NCBI RefSeq assembly: GCF_001194135.2
Contig: NC_068983.1
Span: forward strand, 47,846,668 to 47,882,626
Length of the DNA: 35,959 nucleotides
Direction: 5' to 3'
Source: Octopus bimaculoides
Taxonomy: Eukaryota
Under the pieces are notes generated by a model, which saw only the letters and a program-made list of their open reading frames with translations, was not told where the DNA came from and ran no database searches. A program made the translations under genes and the position numbers. Below are positions 9,831-21,240 of this stretch, one piece after another. Position 1 is the first letter of the stretch; each line of letters starts with the position of its first letter.

Positions 9831-10422
9831 CTAGATCGATCCTAACCCTGAACGGGTACTTAATTTATCGATTTATAAAGGACAGGATCGATAAAGAGAA
9901 CGTTGACTTCGACGGAATTTGAACACAGAACGCAAGAAACACTGCAAAGAATTTTTTTCTGATGCTGTAAACAGCTCGTCATCTTGACCAACTGACAAAT
10001 AACGATCCTTTCTACAATAAGCATAAGGCCTGAAATTTGGAGTGTGTGATAGCCGATTATATCGACCCCAGTACACAACTGGTACTTATTTTATCGACTC
10101 CGAAAGAATGAAAGGTAAAGTCGATCTCAGTGGAATTTGAACTCAGAAACGTAAATGTGGACGAAATGCCGGTAAACATTTTTGCCGTACGTGCTGGTGG
10201 TTCTGCCAGCTCGCCGCCTTCAATTGACTCATAATAATCCTTTCTCTAAGAGACACAAAACCTGAGATTTTGTGTGTGTGGATTAGTCGATTACATCGAT
10301 CCCAGTGCTCAGCTGGTACTTACCTTATCGATCCCAAAAGGTTGAATGGCAAAGTCAACCTCGGTAGTATTTGAACTCAGAACGTAGTGACGGGTGAAAT
10401 GCTACTAAGCGTTTTGACTGGT
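9831..10422 (-). mobile_element. Three tandem SINE family B copies (about 9831-9990, 10001-10221, 10231-10422)
   Basis: Each shows the reverse complement of the family B core (GAATTTGAACTCAG, GATGAAAGGCAAAGTCGAC variants). Confidence 0.85.
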
Positions 10423-10872
10423 ATAAAAGATGGGCTACAGCAAATATTCTGCTCAGTACCACAGATTTGCTTGTCAGTTGTTTGACCTTAATCAGTTGAG
10501 CATGTCCCTTAGTGGTTGACGATATGTGCATCTCTGATCATGAGCAGAGGTAGTGGTGGAGCATCATAGCCATATGTTGAGAGGAATTCTTTGGGGTTTG
10601 AATAATTCACCTTTGGAAAAATGGGTGTTTTATTCATCATCCTTAAAACAAACCTTATTCAGGGACCTTTTGAGCAGTCGACCTGAAGAAAATTTTAACT
10701 GGGTCTTACTTGCAAGGTCATGCGCTGTTTATTTTGATATGAGACCACCATGTCGCGCACATATGGTTGTAATGCATGTGCCTAGTGTACCCTTATCAGA
10801 CGGGTAGTCGTGATGGGCTTCGTATATTTGTACCGCAGTGTCACTTTGATGGTATGCGCTGCTCTGTCACTC

Positions 10873-10908
<36 letters not shown>

Positions 10909-10932
10909 CATAATAATAATCATAATAATAAT
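10423..10932 (+). mobile_element. Unclassified putative retroposed segment ending in (AAT)n
   Basis: About 450 bp of GC-elevated non-coding sequence starts abruptly inside a family B copy and ends in an (AAT)n tail at 10873-10932. No tRNA head is seen. Confidence 0.45.
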
Positions 10933-11308
10933 AAAAAGAAGTGAAATAGAAACATTGCGTGTGTTTATTATTAGTCTGATGATCCCGTGATCCTACAAAA
11001 TTAAATTTGCATGAATTTAGTATACCACGGCAATTCGCTCTTTGGTCAGCGGATAAAGACACCATACCTCATTTCATGTACTAGACATGTCATTTGGGTC
11101 AATAAGTTTACACTGCAAGTTCAGCAAACTGCATTTTCTACACAGACAGACGGACAGCTTTTCATTAAGACGTAGTTTGTGAGTGCCGGGTTTTCTCTTT
11201 ACTTTACATCTAAAAGGAAGTGTATACACGATACACTTCATGACAGAACATCAATATTAATCTTACGGGAAGTAATCTATTTTCGTGTTATTGGTTTCAC
11301 ATTTTACA

Positions 11309-11367
11309 CATACATACACACGTACATACATACACACATACATACGTACATACATATATACATACAT

Positions 11368-11403
<36 letters not shown>

Positions 11404-11451
11404 ACACACACACACACATATATATACATATATTATGTATCAATGGATGGA

Positions 11452-11523
<72 letters not shown>

Positions 11524-11590
11524 TGTATTTATCTGTGTGTGCGCGTGCGTGTGTGTGTGTGTATGATACATACGTATATATGTATATGTA
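11309..11590. repeat. Compound (ACAT)/(AC)/(AT)/(GT) microsatellite
   Basis: Direct read; explains several ORF-track entries. Confidence 0.93.
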
Positions 11591-12494
11591 CGTGTTTGAC
11601 TTTGGCTTGGAGTTGTGGGCGTATGATCCGCATTCTGCAATAACTAGACTCTGCTAAAGATTGCATATGTTCTATATCCGTTATCGCTGTTTATTCACAA
11701 TAATTAAATAGTTATGTTAATTATAACTTATTGAGGAAAACATATTTTGCGGTAGTGGTGAGGAAATAATATTAATCAGTATCATATTGATGTTACTGGA
11801 ATGTGTGACGGTTTAGCAGAGACGTTAGTGCGCCGAACAAATTTATTCTCCGTGGTTTATGCTTTCTTTCAGTTTATATCACATGATGTCAATTTCTATT
11901 TTCTGTTCTTTTTGTGGGGGTCGATAAAATAAGTGCTTTGATAGCCCAGAAGCAGTAGGCTGGTAGAATGTGCTTGACAGTTGGAGAAGACATCTGATAC
12001 ATTCGAGTCGTGTGCTTTGCACTTCAGTTTCAAATTTTACCGAAGTCACGTTGACATTTATCTCAGTGTGGACCAATAAATGAAGTCCTAAATCTTCTGT
12101 CTTCTTTGATCGTAGTCTTAATTCATCGATGGTTCAACACCACCGACTGGCCCTTGTGTGCCCATAAGCTGAGTTTATTTTTTAAAGAACCAATAGGAAG
12201 CCGAATTTTCATAATAATTTCCTCGCTGTCGCCTAATAATCTCGGACACCTCTTATATCCTTCACCAAGTGGTAAAACGTGTACATATCATGTTTTGATC
12301 TTTTTAGACCTCCTTAATGAAGCGCAAACTAATCTAACAGTAACACACACAAGGCCGCCGCCACCACCACCACTAGCAGCAGCAGCAGCAGCAGCAGCAC
12401 CATCACAACCACCACCAAGGACAACAGGATAACCATTATTACTATCACTACTATCACTAAAATGAAGTACTGATATAACTGTCATTTAGTAAAT

Positions 12495-12600
12495 CTTTTA
12501 TCTTTTACTTCATTGGGTCATTTGACTGCGGCCATGCTAAGGCAGCTCCTTCAGGAGTTTTAGTTGAACAAATCGACCTCAGTCATGATTTTCACGACTG
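12495..12600 (-). mobile_element. SINE family C 3' end
   Basis: TCTTTTATCTTTTAC...GTCATTTGACTGCGGCCATGC...GAACAAATCGACC. Confidence 0.75.
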
Positions 12601-12793
12601 GTAACTCACACTGTCGGCAACATTTGCCGAGCTGTTATTAATTAGGCATTCATTAATATTCCCTTATCCTCTTTCGGCTTGTTCATCATTACGGGGAACT
12701 CTATGACACGCTGAGGTCGTTGAAAGATACTGTAACATGTAAAGAGTTATTTCTTTTACTTGCCGAAAGAAATAAAAATATTGTTTATCTGTA

Positions 12794-12829
<36 letters not shown>

Positions 12830-12835
12830 TTGTAT

Positions 12836-13565
12836 AGCTGAAATTTCTAGAAAAACAAAAGACGAAGACAGGTGTATGAACAGCAAGTAGATGTATCAAT
12901 TTGACACTTAGGAAAGTGAAAAAGTCTTTTACGTTTCGAGCCTACGTTCTTCAACAGAAAGGAATAAGAGAAAATAAACAGAGAGAATAAAACAAAAAAA
13001 AAAATACTTGTGCGTTTAGCAGTCAAGCATGGTGACTGCGTGGAAAAAAGTTTGATAGAAGAGGTTGAAAGAAGGGGAGAAAATAAAGTATAGGCGATAC
13101 GAAAATGAAGGTGCGCGTGCGTATGTGTATATAAGAATGTGTGTGTGTGTGTGAATAGGGGTTAGTGATCTTGACGTGTGTGGATGAGTGCGTGTGTAAG
13201 TGTATGCGTTTGTAAGGTATGGGTGTATGAATGATGTTGTGAGGGTGTGCGGATGATGGTGTGTGGTATGGATGCTGGGAAGTAGCCAGTGCTAGTGTGT
13301 GTAGAGAGATGTGAGGCGGTGCGACGTGCTGTGATGGTGTGAGGTGTGAGTATGTGGGGTGGGGTGGGGATGGTATCAATGAAGAGAAAAGGTGGGTAAG
13401 AGTGATGAGAGGAAGTGGGTGTCAGATGAAGATAGGAGAGGAGAGCCAGATGAAGAAAAAAGGGGATTGAGCCTATGTGACGCAAAGGAGCGAAGAGAGA
13501 AGGTTAATTCTAGTTCACGGTGGAGGCGGGAGTCCGGATGTCCCCTGTGTAAAGACAATCCGGCA
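12836..13565 (-). mobile_element. Penelope-like element 3' fragment (GIY-YIG C-terminus plus pseudo-LTR)
   Basis: The minus-strand frame GLSLHRGHPDSRLHRELELTFSLRSFASHRLNPLFS (about 13561-13454) resembles the PLE endonuclease C-terminal SR..E..LIF.L.S..PHGLN motif. It is followed by a pyrimidine-rich UTR and a TGAAGA...CGAAACGT motif. Confidence 0.7.
12924..12962 (-). ncRNA. Degenerate minimal hammerhead-ribozyme-like motif
   Basis: The minus strand reads CCUUUCUG-UUGAAGA-ACGUAGGCUC-GAAA-CGUA-AAAGAC: a UGANGA and GAAA core with palindromic ACGU. C3 is U and the stem II closing pair is broken. Confidence 0.45.
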
Positions 13566-13636
13566 CACACACATGTATGTATGTATATATGTATGTATGC
13601 ATGAATGTATATACGTATGTATGTATGTATTGAAGC

Positions 13637-13805
13637 TACGAGCTGGCAGGATCGTTAGTACGTTGGGCAAAAATGCTAAGCATCATTGCATCTATCCTTA
13701 CTTTCTGAGTTTAAATTCCGCCGAGGTCGACTTTGCCTTTGATCCCTCAGGGTTGATAAAATAAGTACCAGTTGAATATTAGGATCGAGTTTGTACCAAA
13801 ATTTG
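13637..13805 (+). mobile_element. SINE family B
   Basis: GAGCTGGCAGGATCGTTAG...AATTCCGCCGAGGTCGACTTTGCC...AAGTACCAGTTG. Confidence 0.8.
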
Positions 13806-13837
13806 CAAAATTTTAAAGCTAAATCTATCTTCCGTTT

Positions 13838-13895
<58 letters not shown>

Positions 13896-13919
13896 CTGCA
13901 GTACTTAATTAATCTGTTA

Positions 13920-14345
13920 TACGACAACCATTTACATCGCCACCACCATTTCTTCAACAACCATCATCTCAACTATTCATGTCACCACCAACACTAACAA
14001 TTCCACTATCTGTAACATCAACAACAATAATAACACTGTTATACTCACGAACACCACCATCATCGCTACTAGCAGCAACACCACCGCCACTACTTTTACC
14101 GTCACTGTACTCACTTAGAACGCCTGAATATCACCACCACCACCTCCATCAACTGTACCATGACCATCACCAGGAGCCCCACCACCAATACCCCTATTCT
14201 TAACACTAACTTCTCTATCTCTATAACCTTCATAATAACGCCACCAACGCAGCCACTAGTGCCTTCATTTTAACCACCGCCAGTACCACCACCACCGGCA
14301 ACAGCAGCAGCACCACCACGACAACGACCATCGCCACCATCACCG
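13920..14345. repeat. Decayed trinucleotide (ACC/ATC/AAC) low-complexity tract
   Basis: Period-3 A-first triplets with in-frame stops (TAG, TGA near 14115-14126). Confidence 0.8.
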
Positions 14346-14693
14346 CAAATTATTTAAAGCTTAGGGTGTAATTTTAATTATTTGAATATTTTGTTAATTT
14401 TTGATCCACTACGTTTTGCACGTTAGTTACAACATAACCATGTGCGTTTTCATGCAGAGTACGTCCCTGAGTGAATATTCCTTTTTTTCCTCAACCACTG
14501 GTCATTTTTCTAATAAAAGTGAAGCTGAACTCGGAGCGACGTGGTTAGAAAGGAAACTCTTTACCACCCAGTCACGCTTCCGCCTATAGATAAACACTCT
14601 TTTTAAATAAGTTTTTATTTCATTTAAAGATTTATCAAAATCTATGGTGACAGGAATTGTCCATAAAATATAGATTGGGGTTCTAATATACAG

Positions 14694-14807
14694 AAAGTCA
14701 AACAAAGTTTTTCGAAACGAAATAAGTTTTGGAAACACAACCCCAGATCGTATTTTGAAGAAGCAAACCAGATTCATAAGACTGTTATGCAAAGCCACTT
14801 GAGACAT
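14694..14807 (+). CDS. Candidate internal exon (unverified)
   Basis: ttctaatatacAG/ 114 nt, phase 0-0, KVKQSFSKRNKFWKHNPRSYFEEANQIHKTVMQSHLRH /GTAAAT. Confidence 0.2.
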
Positions 14808-14817
14808 GTAAATAATA

Positions 14818-14818
<1 letters not shown>

Positions 14819-14898
<80 letters not shown>
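14819..14898. repeat. (CA)40 microsatellite
   Basis: Direct read. Confidence 0.97.
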
Positions 14899-14899
<1 letters not shown>

Positions 14900-15100
14900 T
14901 CTTTTATTTGTTTCAGTTATTTGACTGCGGCAATGCTGGAGCACTGCCTTTAGTCGAACAAATCGACACCAGGACTTATTCTTTGTAAACCTAGTACTTA
15001 TTCTATCAGCCTCTTTTGCCGAACCGCTAATTACGGGGACGTAAGCACATCAACATTGATTGTTAAGCGATGGTGGGGGCGCAAACACAGACACACAACC
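14899..15100 (-). mobile_element. SINE family C 3' half
   Basis: TTTGACTGCGGCAATGCTGGAGCACTGCCTTTAGTCGAACAAATCGAC...GAACCGCTAATTACGGGGACG. Confidence 0.88.
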
Positions 15101-15567
15101 ATACACACACACGCACACAGACACACAAACTAAGCTAAGCGCCTTCACAAAGACACAGATTTAAGCACATACATACAAATCTAAATCTATTACCTGTTCA
15201 AATTCGTCAGAAGGCCCTTCACTGCATTTTGTCATGGAGAAATATTCTTGCTGTGGACAAAGTCTAAAGGACGAATTAAATTAATTTGACGTGTGTGAAA
15301 GTGAAGCCTTACGGCAGGGACATAAGAGATGTTAGGCATAGATGTTGCACGGATCATAGTCGAACCAAGAAAGAATTGTCAGGCTTGGCCGAACACCGGT
15401 GACGTGGGGAAAGAGAAGAGAGATAGACGCAGAGGGACAGAAGAATTAGGGAGGGACGAGAAAAAAGGGTGAGACAGAAGTGAAAGAGGAGGAAAGGTGA
15501 GAATGAAGAGAAAATCAGGAAAGGAGAGGAGGAACGAAAGAAAGAAGAGTGGAAAAAATATATATAT

Positions 15568-15646
<79 letters not shown>

Positions 15647-16320
15647 NNNNNNNNNNNNNNNNNNNNNNNNNNNNNNNNNNNNNNNNNNNNNNNNNNNNNN
15701 NNNNNNNNNNNNNNNNNNNNNNNNNNNNNNNNNNNNNNNNNNNNNNNNNNNNNNNNNNNNNNNNNNNNNNNNNNNNNNNNNNNNNNNNNNNNNNNNNNNN
15801 NNNNNNNNNNNNNNNNNNNNNNNNNNNNNNNNNNNNNNNNNNNNNNNNNNNNNNNNNNNNNNNNNNNNNNNNNNNNNNNNNNNNNNNNNNNNNNNNNNNN
15901 NNNNNNNNNNNNNNNNNNNNNNNNNNNNNNNNNNNNNNNNNNNNNNNNNNNNNNNNNNNNNNNNNNNNNNNNNNNNNNNNNNNNNNNNNNNNNNNNNNNN
16001 NNNNNNNNNNNNNNNNNNNNNNNNNNNNNNNNNNNNNNNNNNNNNNNNNNNNNNNNNNNNNNNNNNNNNNNNNNNNNNNNNNNNNNNNNNNNNNNNNNNN
16101 NNNNNNNNNNNNNNNNNNNNNNNNNNNNNNNNNNNNNNNNNNNNNNNNNNNNNNNNNNNNNNNNNNNNNNNNNNNNNNNNNNNNNNNNNNNNNNNNNNNN
16201 NNNNNNNNNNNNNNNNNNNNNNNNNNNNNNNNNNNNNNNNNNNNNNNNNNNNNNNNNNNNNNNNNNNNNNNNNNNNNNNNNNNNNNTATATATATATATA
16301 TATATATATGTATACATATG

Positions 16321-16470
16321 TGGGCTTCCACATAGTTTCCTCCGACCTAATTCATATTTACCACAAGGTATTGATGTGACCAGCGCTACAGTAGAACAAA
16401 TCTGTCCAAAGAGCCGCACTGTGGGATTGAACCCAAATCCAGGTGCTTGTCAGCCTAACCTCCTCAGCAC
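16321..16470 (-). mobile_element. Degenerate SINE family C 5' half
   Basis: GGGCTTC...AGTTTCC...GCTACAGTAGAAC..ATCTGTCCAA..GCCGCACTGTGGGATTGAACCC. Confidence 0.55.
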
Positions 16471-16968
16471 ATACATACACATTGAGCACACAAGTATTTT
16501 TTTAATTAATTTTTTGATATTTCATTTTTAATTAGAGATAATTCCAATGTTTACAAAAGTGATCACGTGGCATGAAATCTCTTAAAATCTGATTCGTTAT
16601 TGTACATAAATAACCTTGAAAAAAAAAAAAAGTCAGTCACATTGTGTGGCGCCTTCATACGCTTATGGCACATTCTCTCTCTTTCTTCCTTTTCTCTTTT
16701 GCTGTCCGTTTCATATCCATTCCGATCTGCCTTCGTCTGTCAACGCGAAGAATGCTTACACGTTCCTACCTGTTTACTCACGTTTCCTTTCTCGTCAACT
16801 CCATCCACACACTCTTAAATACATAAATCCACAGACCTAGACAAGCATCCGGTCTCACACGGACGAGTAGATAGCCTCACACACACGTACACGCACGCAC
16901 GCACACACACATACATTCACACGCTGAGATTTTGTACTTTGTACGATTTGCGTATCTATCAACTTTCC

Positions 16969-17018
<50 letters not shown>

Positions 17019-17493
17019 ATAGCAATTCCTATAGAGATATACCTAGATAAATAGATAGATAATAGATACATAGACAGATAGAGAGAGCGAGAGAAAGAGG
17101 GTGTGTATGCACATACACAGCACACACAAACACATGTATGTGTATACATATACATACGCATAAATTCTCTCTCTCACACACACAGACGTGTGTGCCCACG
17201 CGCGTGCACTCCCACGTGAACACATGCATAGAAAAAGTCGTTTAGTGTGATCAATTTGGGACACACGATCATCGCTAAGAATAACTGGTTGATAACGTCA
17301 AGCAAATAAAGAATTTAGGATCCATGAATTTTCGACGAAAATAACAGGGCCATAATAACATTATCCGTGATTATAATAAGCGGCTTCCACTATAAATATT
17401 TCATTATCTCTCTCATACGTGCAACTTCGATACCCCTCACGCCCGCACACCGCTTACACAAGCGCATAGTAAGGTTATGAGTAATTTACTTCT

Positions 17494-17567
<74 letters not shown>

Positions 17568-18116
17568 CATATACATATACACATATGTGTGTTTATTCAT
17601 ACACATACACACACGCTCACACTGCAAATACACATTGCAAGTTTACTATCGTATACTTCAAATTTACATAATTGTCCCCCCCCTCTCTCTCGTTCTCACA
17701 CACACCACCCTCCTACGTTCTCTTACTCTCTCTGTCTTCCCCTCTCTTACGCACATATAGTCCCCATACTCATTCTACTGTACACTCCTGCTTTCCAGTA
17801 CCACCACTCTGCGCTACCCACGTGACCTTTGTCACACAAGCTTATCAACTTTTAGTGGACGAGGAGAAAGAGAGAGAAAGACTGAGTGGGTCAAAGAACT
17901 TGCGACGTTGAAAACCACCTTACGTTTTGTGGTGCTCATTACACCGTGTGTGTGAGTGCGTGTATATATAATATTATATATATGCATATATTTATGTATA
18001 TATTTTATACCAACAGATTTTACTGGATTTGTGCGTCACACTGAATTCGGAATTTTAATTTTATTTTCATCAGGTATTCTATCCCCTTACATTATTTTCG
18101 TTTTGTCTTTACCGCA

Positions 18117-18147
<31 letters not shown>

Positions 18148-18344
18148 TGTATGTATATAAACATGCATATGCATTCTTATTTACATTACACATACGCGCA
18201 CATGTTTGCATGTATACGTTTAATAATGATTTCATTTATTTGCCTCCAGGGCGAAGGATGGGATGCAACGTTAGATAAAATGCCAATGCTATTCAAATTC
18301 GTTTGTCGAGGTCTCTGTTTCTCAGTAGAAACATTTGTCTTTGA

Positions 18345-18467
18345 TTCTTCGTGGTGCAAGTCGGTTCAGTTACCCCTACACCTTGAGCATGTCTCTTCCA
18401 CTAAAACCTCGGGCCGACCAAAGCATTGTGAGTGGAACTGGTAGACGGAAACTGAAAGAAGCCCGTC

Positions 18468-18509
<42 letters not shown>

Positions 18510-18526
18510 TGTGTGTGTGTGTGTGT
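18345..18526 (+). mobile_element. SINE family C 5' half running into a gap
   Basis: CCTCGGGCCGACCAAAGCATTGTGAGTGG...GACGGAAACTGAAAGAAGCCCGTCG-(TA)n(GT)n. Confidence 0.85.
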
Positions 18527-18942
18527 NNNNNNNNNNNNNNNNNNNNNNNNNNNNNNNNNNNNNNNNNNNNNNNNNNNNNNNNNNNNNNNNNNNNNNNNNN
18601 NNNNNNNNNNNNNNNNNNNNNNNNNNNNNNNNNNNNNNNNNNNNNNNNNNNNNNNNNNNNNNNNNNNNNNNNNNNNNNNNNNNNNNNNNNNNNNNNNNNN
18701 NNNNNNNNNNNNNNNNNNNNNNNNNNNNNNNNNNNNNNNNNNNNNNNNNNNNNNNNNNNNNNNNNNNNNNNNNNNNNNNNNNNNNNNNNNNNNNNNNNNN
18801 NNNNNNNNNNNNNNNNNNNNNNNNNNNNNNNNNNNNNNNNNNNNNNNNNNNNNNNNNNNNNNNNNNNNNNNNNNNNNNNNNNNNNNNNNNNNNNNNNNNN
18901 NNNNNNNNNNNNNNNNNNNNNNNNNNNNNNNNNNNNNNNNNN

Positions 18943-19038
18943 CAACCAAATTGACTCAGAAGGCCTTGGGCAGCCCTAGGCTATAGTAGAAGACACTTGC
19001 CCAAGGTGCCACGCAGTAGGACTGAACCCAGAACCATG
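18943..19038 (-). mobile_element. SINE family C 5' part, opposite orientation
   Basis: GCTATAGTAGAAGACACTTGCCCAAGGTGCCACGCAGTAGGACTGAACCC. Confidence 0.85.
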
Positions 19039-19039
19039 T

Positions 19040-19084
<45 letters not shown>

Positions 19085-19199
19085 CGCTCACTATGAGCCT
19101 AGTTGCTCATTTGTACGTGACAGTCATGTCTGGAACGCTGTTGATCAGCGTTTGGCTGTCTCAGGGTTGAACTGGCGCTTTTATAAATTTTACTTTACT

Positions 19200-19445
19200 G
19201 TCGCCAGTCTAAGGACTTGCAGGGCCATATACCCGGGTTTCCAAGGCGTTTAGTGACCGAGATCACAATGTTCCCCTTGAACGGAACGCCAATCCGACAC
19301 AGGGTTCTTTATTTGTGGCTGGGTGGCCTGGAGCAACGTGAGATGAAGTGTTTTGCTTAAGAATACAACGCACCGCCCGGTCCTGGTATGGAAACTGCGA
19401 TCTTGCGAACGTGAGTACAGCGTCTTAACCACTAGGCCACGTGCA
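19200..19445 (-). mobile_element. SINE family D (tRNA-derived head)
   Basis: Reverse complement GTGGCCTAGTGGTTAAGACGCTG...GATCGCAGTTTCCATACCAGGACCGGGCG...AAGCAAAACACTTCATCTCACGTTGCTCC. Confidence 0.75.
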
Positions 19446-20200
19446 TTTACTTATATAAACAAGAAACCCTCTTATTCAGCTGTTTCCTTGTATCGGAGTC
19501 GTTACTATCTAACGTAAGTAAACGCAGCGAACTGAAAAACTTCGATTAACATGAGATTGTTTCAATATACAGATCGAAGATCCTGAACTCACGTGACTCT
19601 ACCCTATTCGTATTATTGTATGCTGAAAACAAGCATGAGATAATTGTATCGCTGCTTAACCGAATGCTGTAAAAGTTTATAATTGCTATTTAGATACTGA
19701 TATTTAATAATAACTTTTTTTTTTACGTAACTTAAGGTATTTTCCTAACTTTACCAACAGGAGTTATTCCTCTTGAATTTTGCTGCGTCATCACTTCGTT
19801 TGTTCTGTGCTGATAAACGAAAGCGTGTGAGAAATGGGATTTTGTTGTTCTCGTTTTATGTAAATATCGGATATGATTCGTTAACACGCACGCATACATA
19901 CTAGTGAATGGTGACGGAAGCAGAGGAAACAGAAAGAAAAGAATTAATAAATAAATGTCTTTGCTGCCCAACCATCTGGTCTTGGGTTCAGTCCTACTGC
20001 GTGACACTCGCAACTAAACATTTCATCTAAAAGACACCTATATAACACGTACGAGATAAAAAAGAAAATAATAAATACTGCGGTCGATTTGTTCAACTTC
20101 ATTCTTCAAGACAGTACCCCAGGATGGCATTTTAGCTTATAAAACACTCTCAAGTTGAACTGGGGCCAAAAATTTGTAGAGTAGCAATATTAGACATTAT

Positions 20201-21240
20201 TTAAGGTGACGAGCTGGCAGAAACGTTAGCACGCCGGGCGAAATACTAAAAGGTATTTCTTCTGGCTTTACGTTTTGAGTTCAAATTCCACCGAGGTCGA
20301 CTTTGCTGTTCATCCTTTCGAGGTCGATAGATTAAGTACCAGTTGCGTACTGGATCGATCTAATCGAATGCCCCCCCCCTCCATCTCCAGAAATTTCGAA
20401 CTTTATGCCTTAGTAAAAAAAATATATATTGGGCATTATTTTATCAACTGAGAAAGCTGTCAGAATCGTAACCAGACCAGACAAAAATGTTAAGAGGCAT
20501 TTCGTCCGCTTCACCATCTGAGTTCAAATTCTGTCCAGGTCGACTTTGCCATACATCCTTTACTAGTCGATAAAATAAGTATTAGTTGAGAACTGCAGTC
20601 GATGTATTAGACTAGTTTCCTCCCACAAAATTCCAGGCCTTGAGCTTATAACAGTAAAGGTTATTATTATTAAGGCGACAAGTCGTCAATAAGTTCCGAG
20701 TTCAAATTCTGCCAAGGTCGACTTTGCCGTTCATCATTTAGGGTACGATAGATTAAGTACCAGTTGCGTACTGGGCCGATCTAATCGACTGGCCCCCCTC
20801 CCCCCAAATTTCAGGCCTTGTGCCTAGAGTAGATAATTTCTGAATTCTAATTCTAAGTCGTCGATAATTTCTGAGTTCTAATTCCGCCGAGGTCGACTTT
20901 GCCTTTCATCCATTCGGGATCGATAAATTAAGTACCAGTTGAACACTGGGGTCGATGTAATCAACTCATCCCCACCTCCCCCAAGCTGCCCTTCGGGCAA
21001 AAAATGAAATAATCATTATGGTGACAAGCTGGCAGAACTGTTAACACGCTGGGCAAAAGAGTTGGCAGCTGAGCGACATTTCGTCCGTCTCTACGTTCTG
21101 AGTTCAATTTCCGCCCAGGTCGGTTTTACCTTTCATATTTTCGAGGTCGATAGAATATGTGCTAGTAGAGCACTGAGGTCGATGCAATCCGCTAGCCGCC
21201 TCTCCTATAATTTCAGGCCATATATCAATATATGAAACGG
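20201..21240 (+). mobile_element. Cluster of five head-to-tail SINE family B copies
   Basis: The core GAGTTCAAATT(C/T)C.CCGAGGTCGACTTTGCC recurs at about 20277, 20520, 20698, 20873 and 21099. Confidence 0.9.

Noticed and set aside
13920-14345. Thr/His-rich mucin-like coding region
   Set aside because: It has in-frame stops and no splice boundaries; it is typical decayed trinucleotide repeat.
14502-14897. 131-aa minus-strand ORF as a gene
   Set aside because: The start lies within (GT)n and no domain is recognisable; one or two such open frames are plausible by chance.
18248-18312. Strong acceptor followed by GEGWDATLDKMPMLFKFVCR as an exon
   Set aside because: The sequence looks like a decayed SINE-B head (GGCGA..GCAACGTTAG..AAATGC..TTCAAATTC..CGAGGTC) and the donor is poor.
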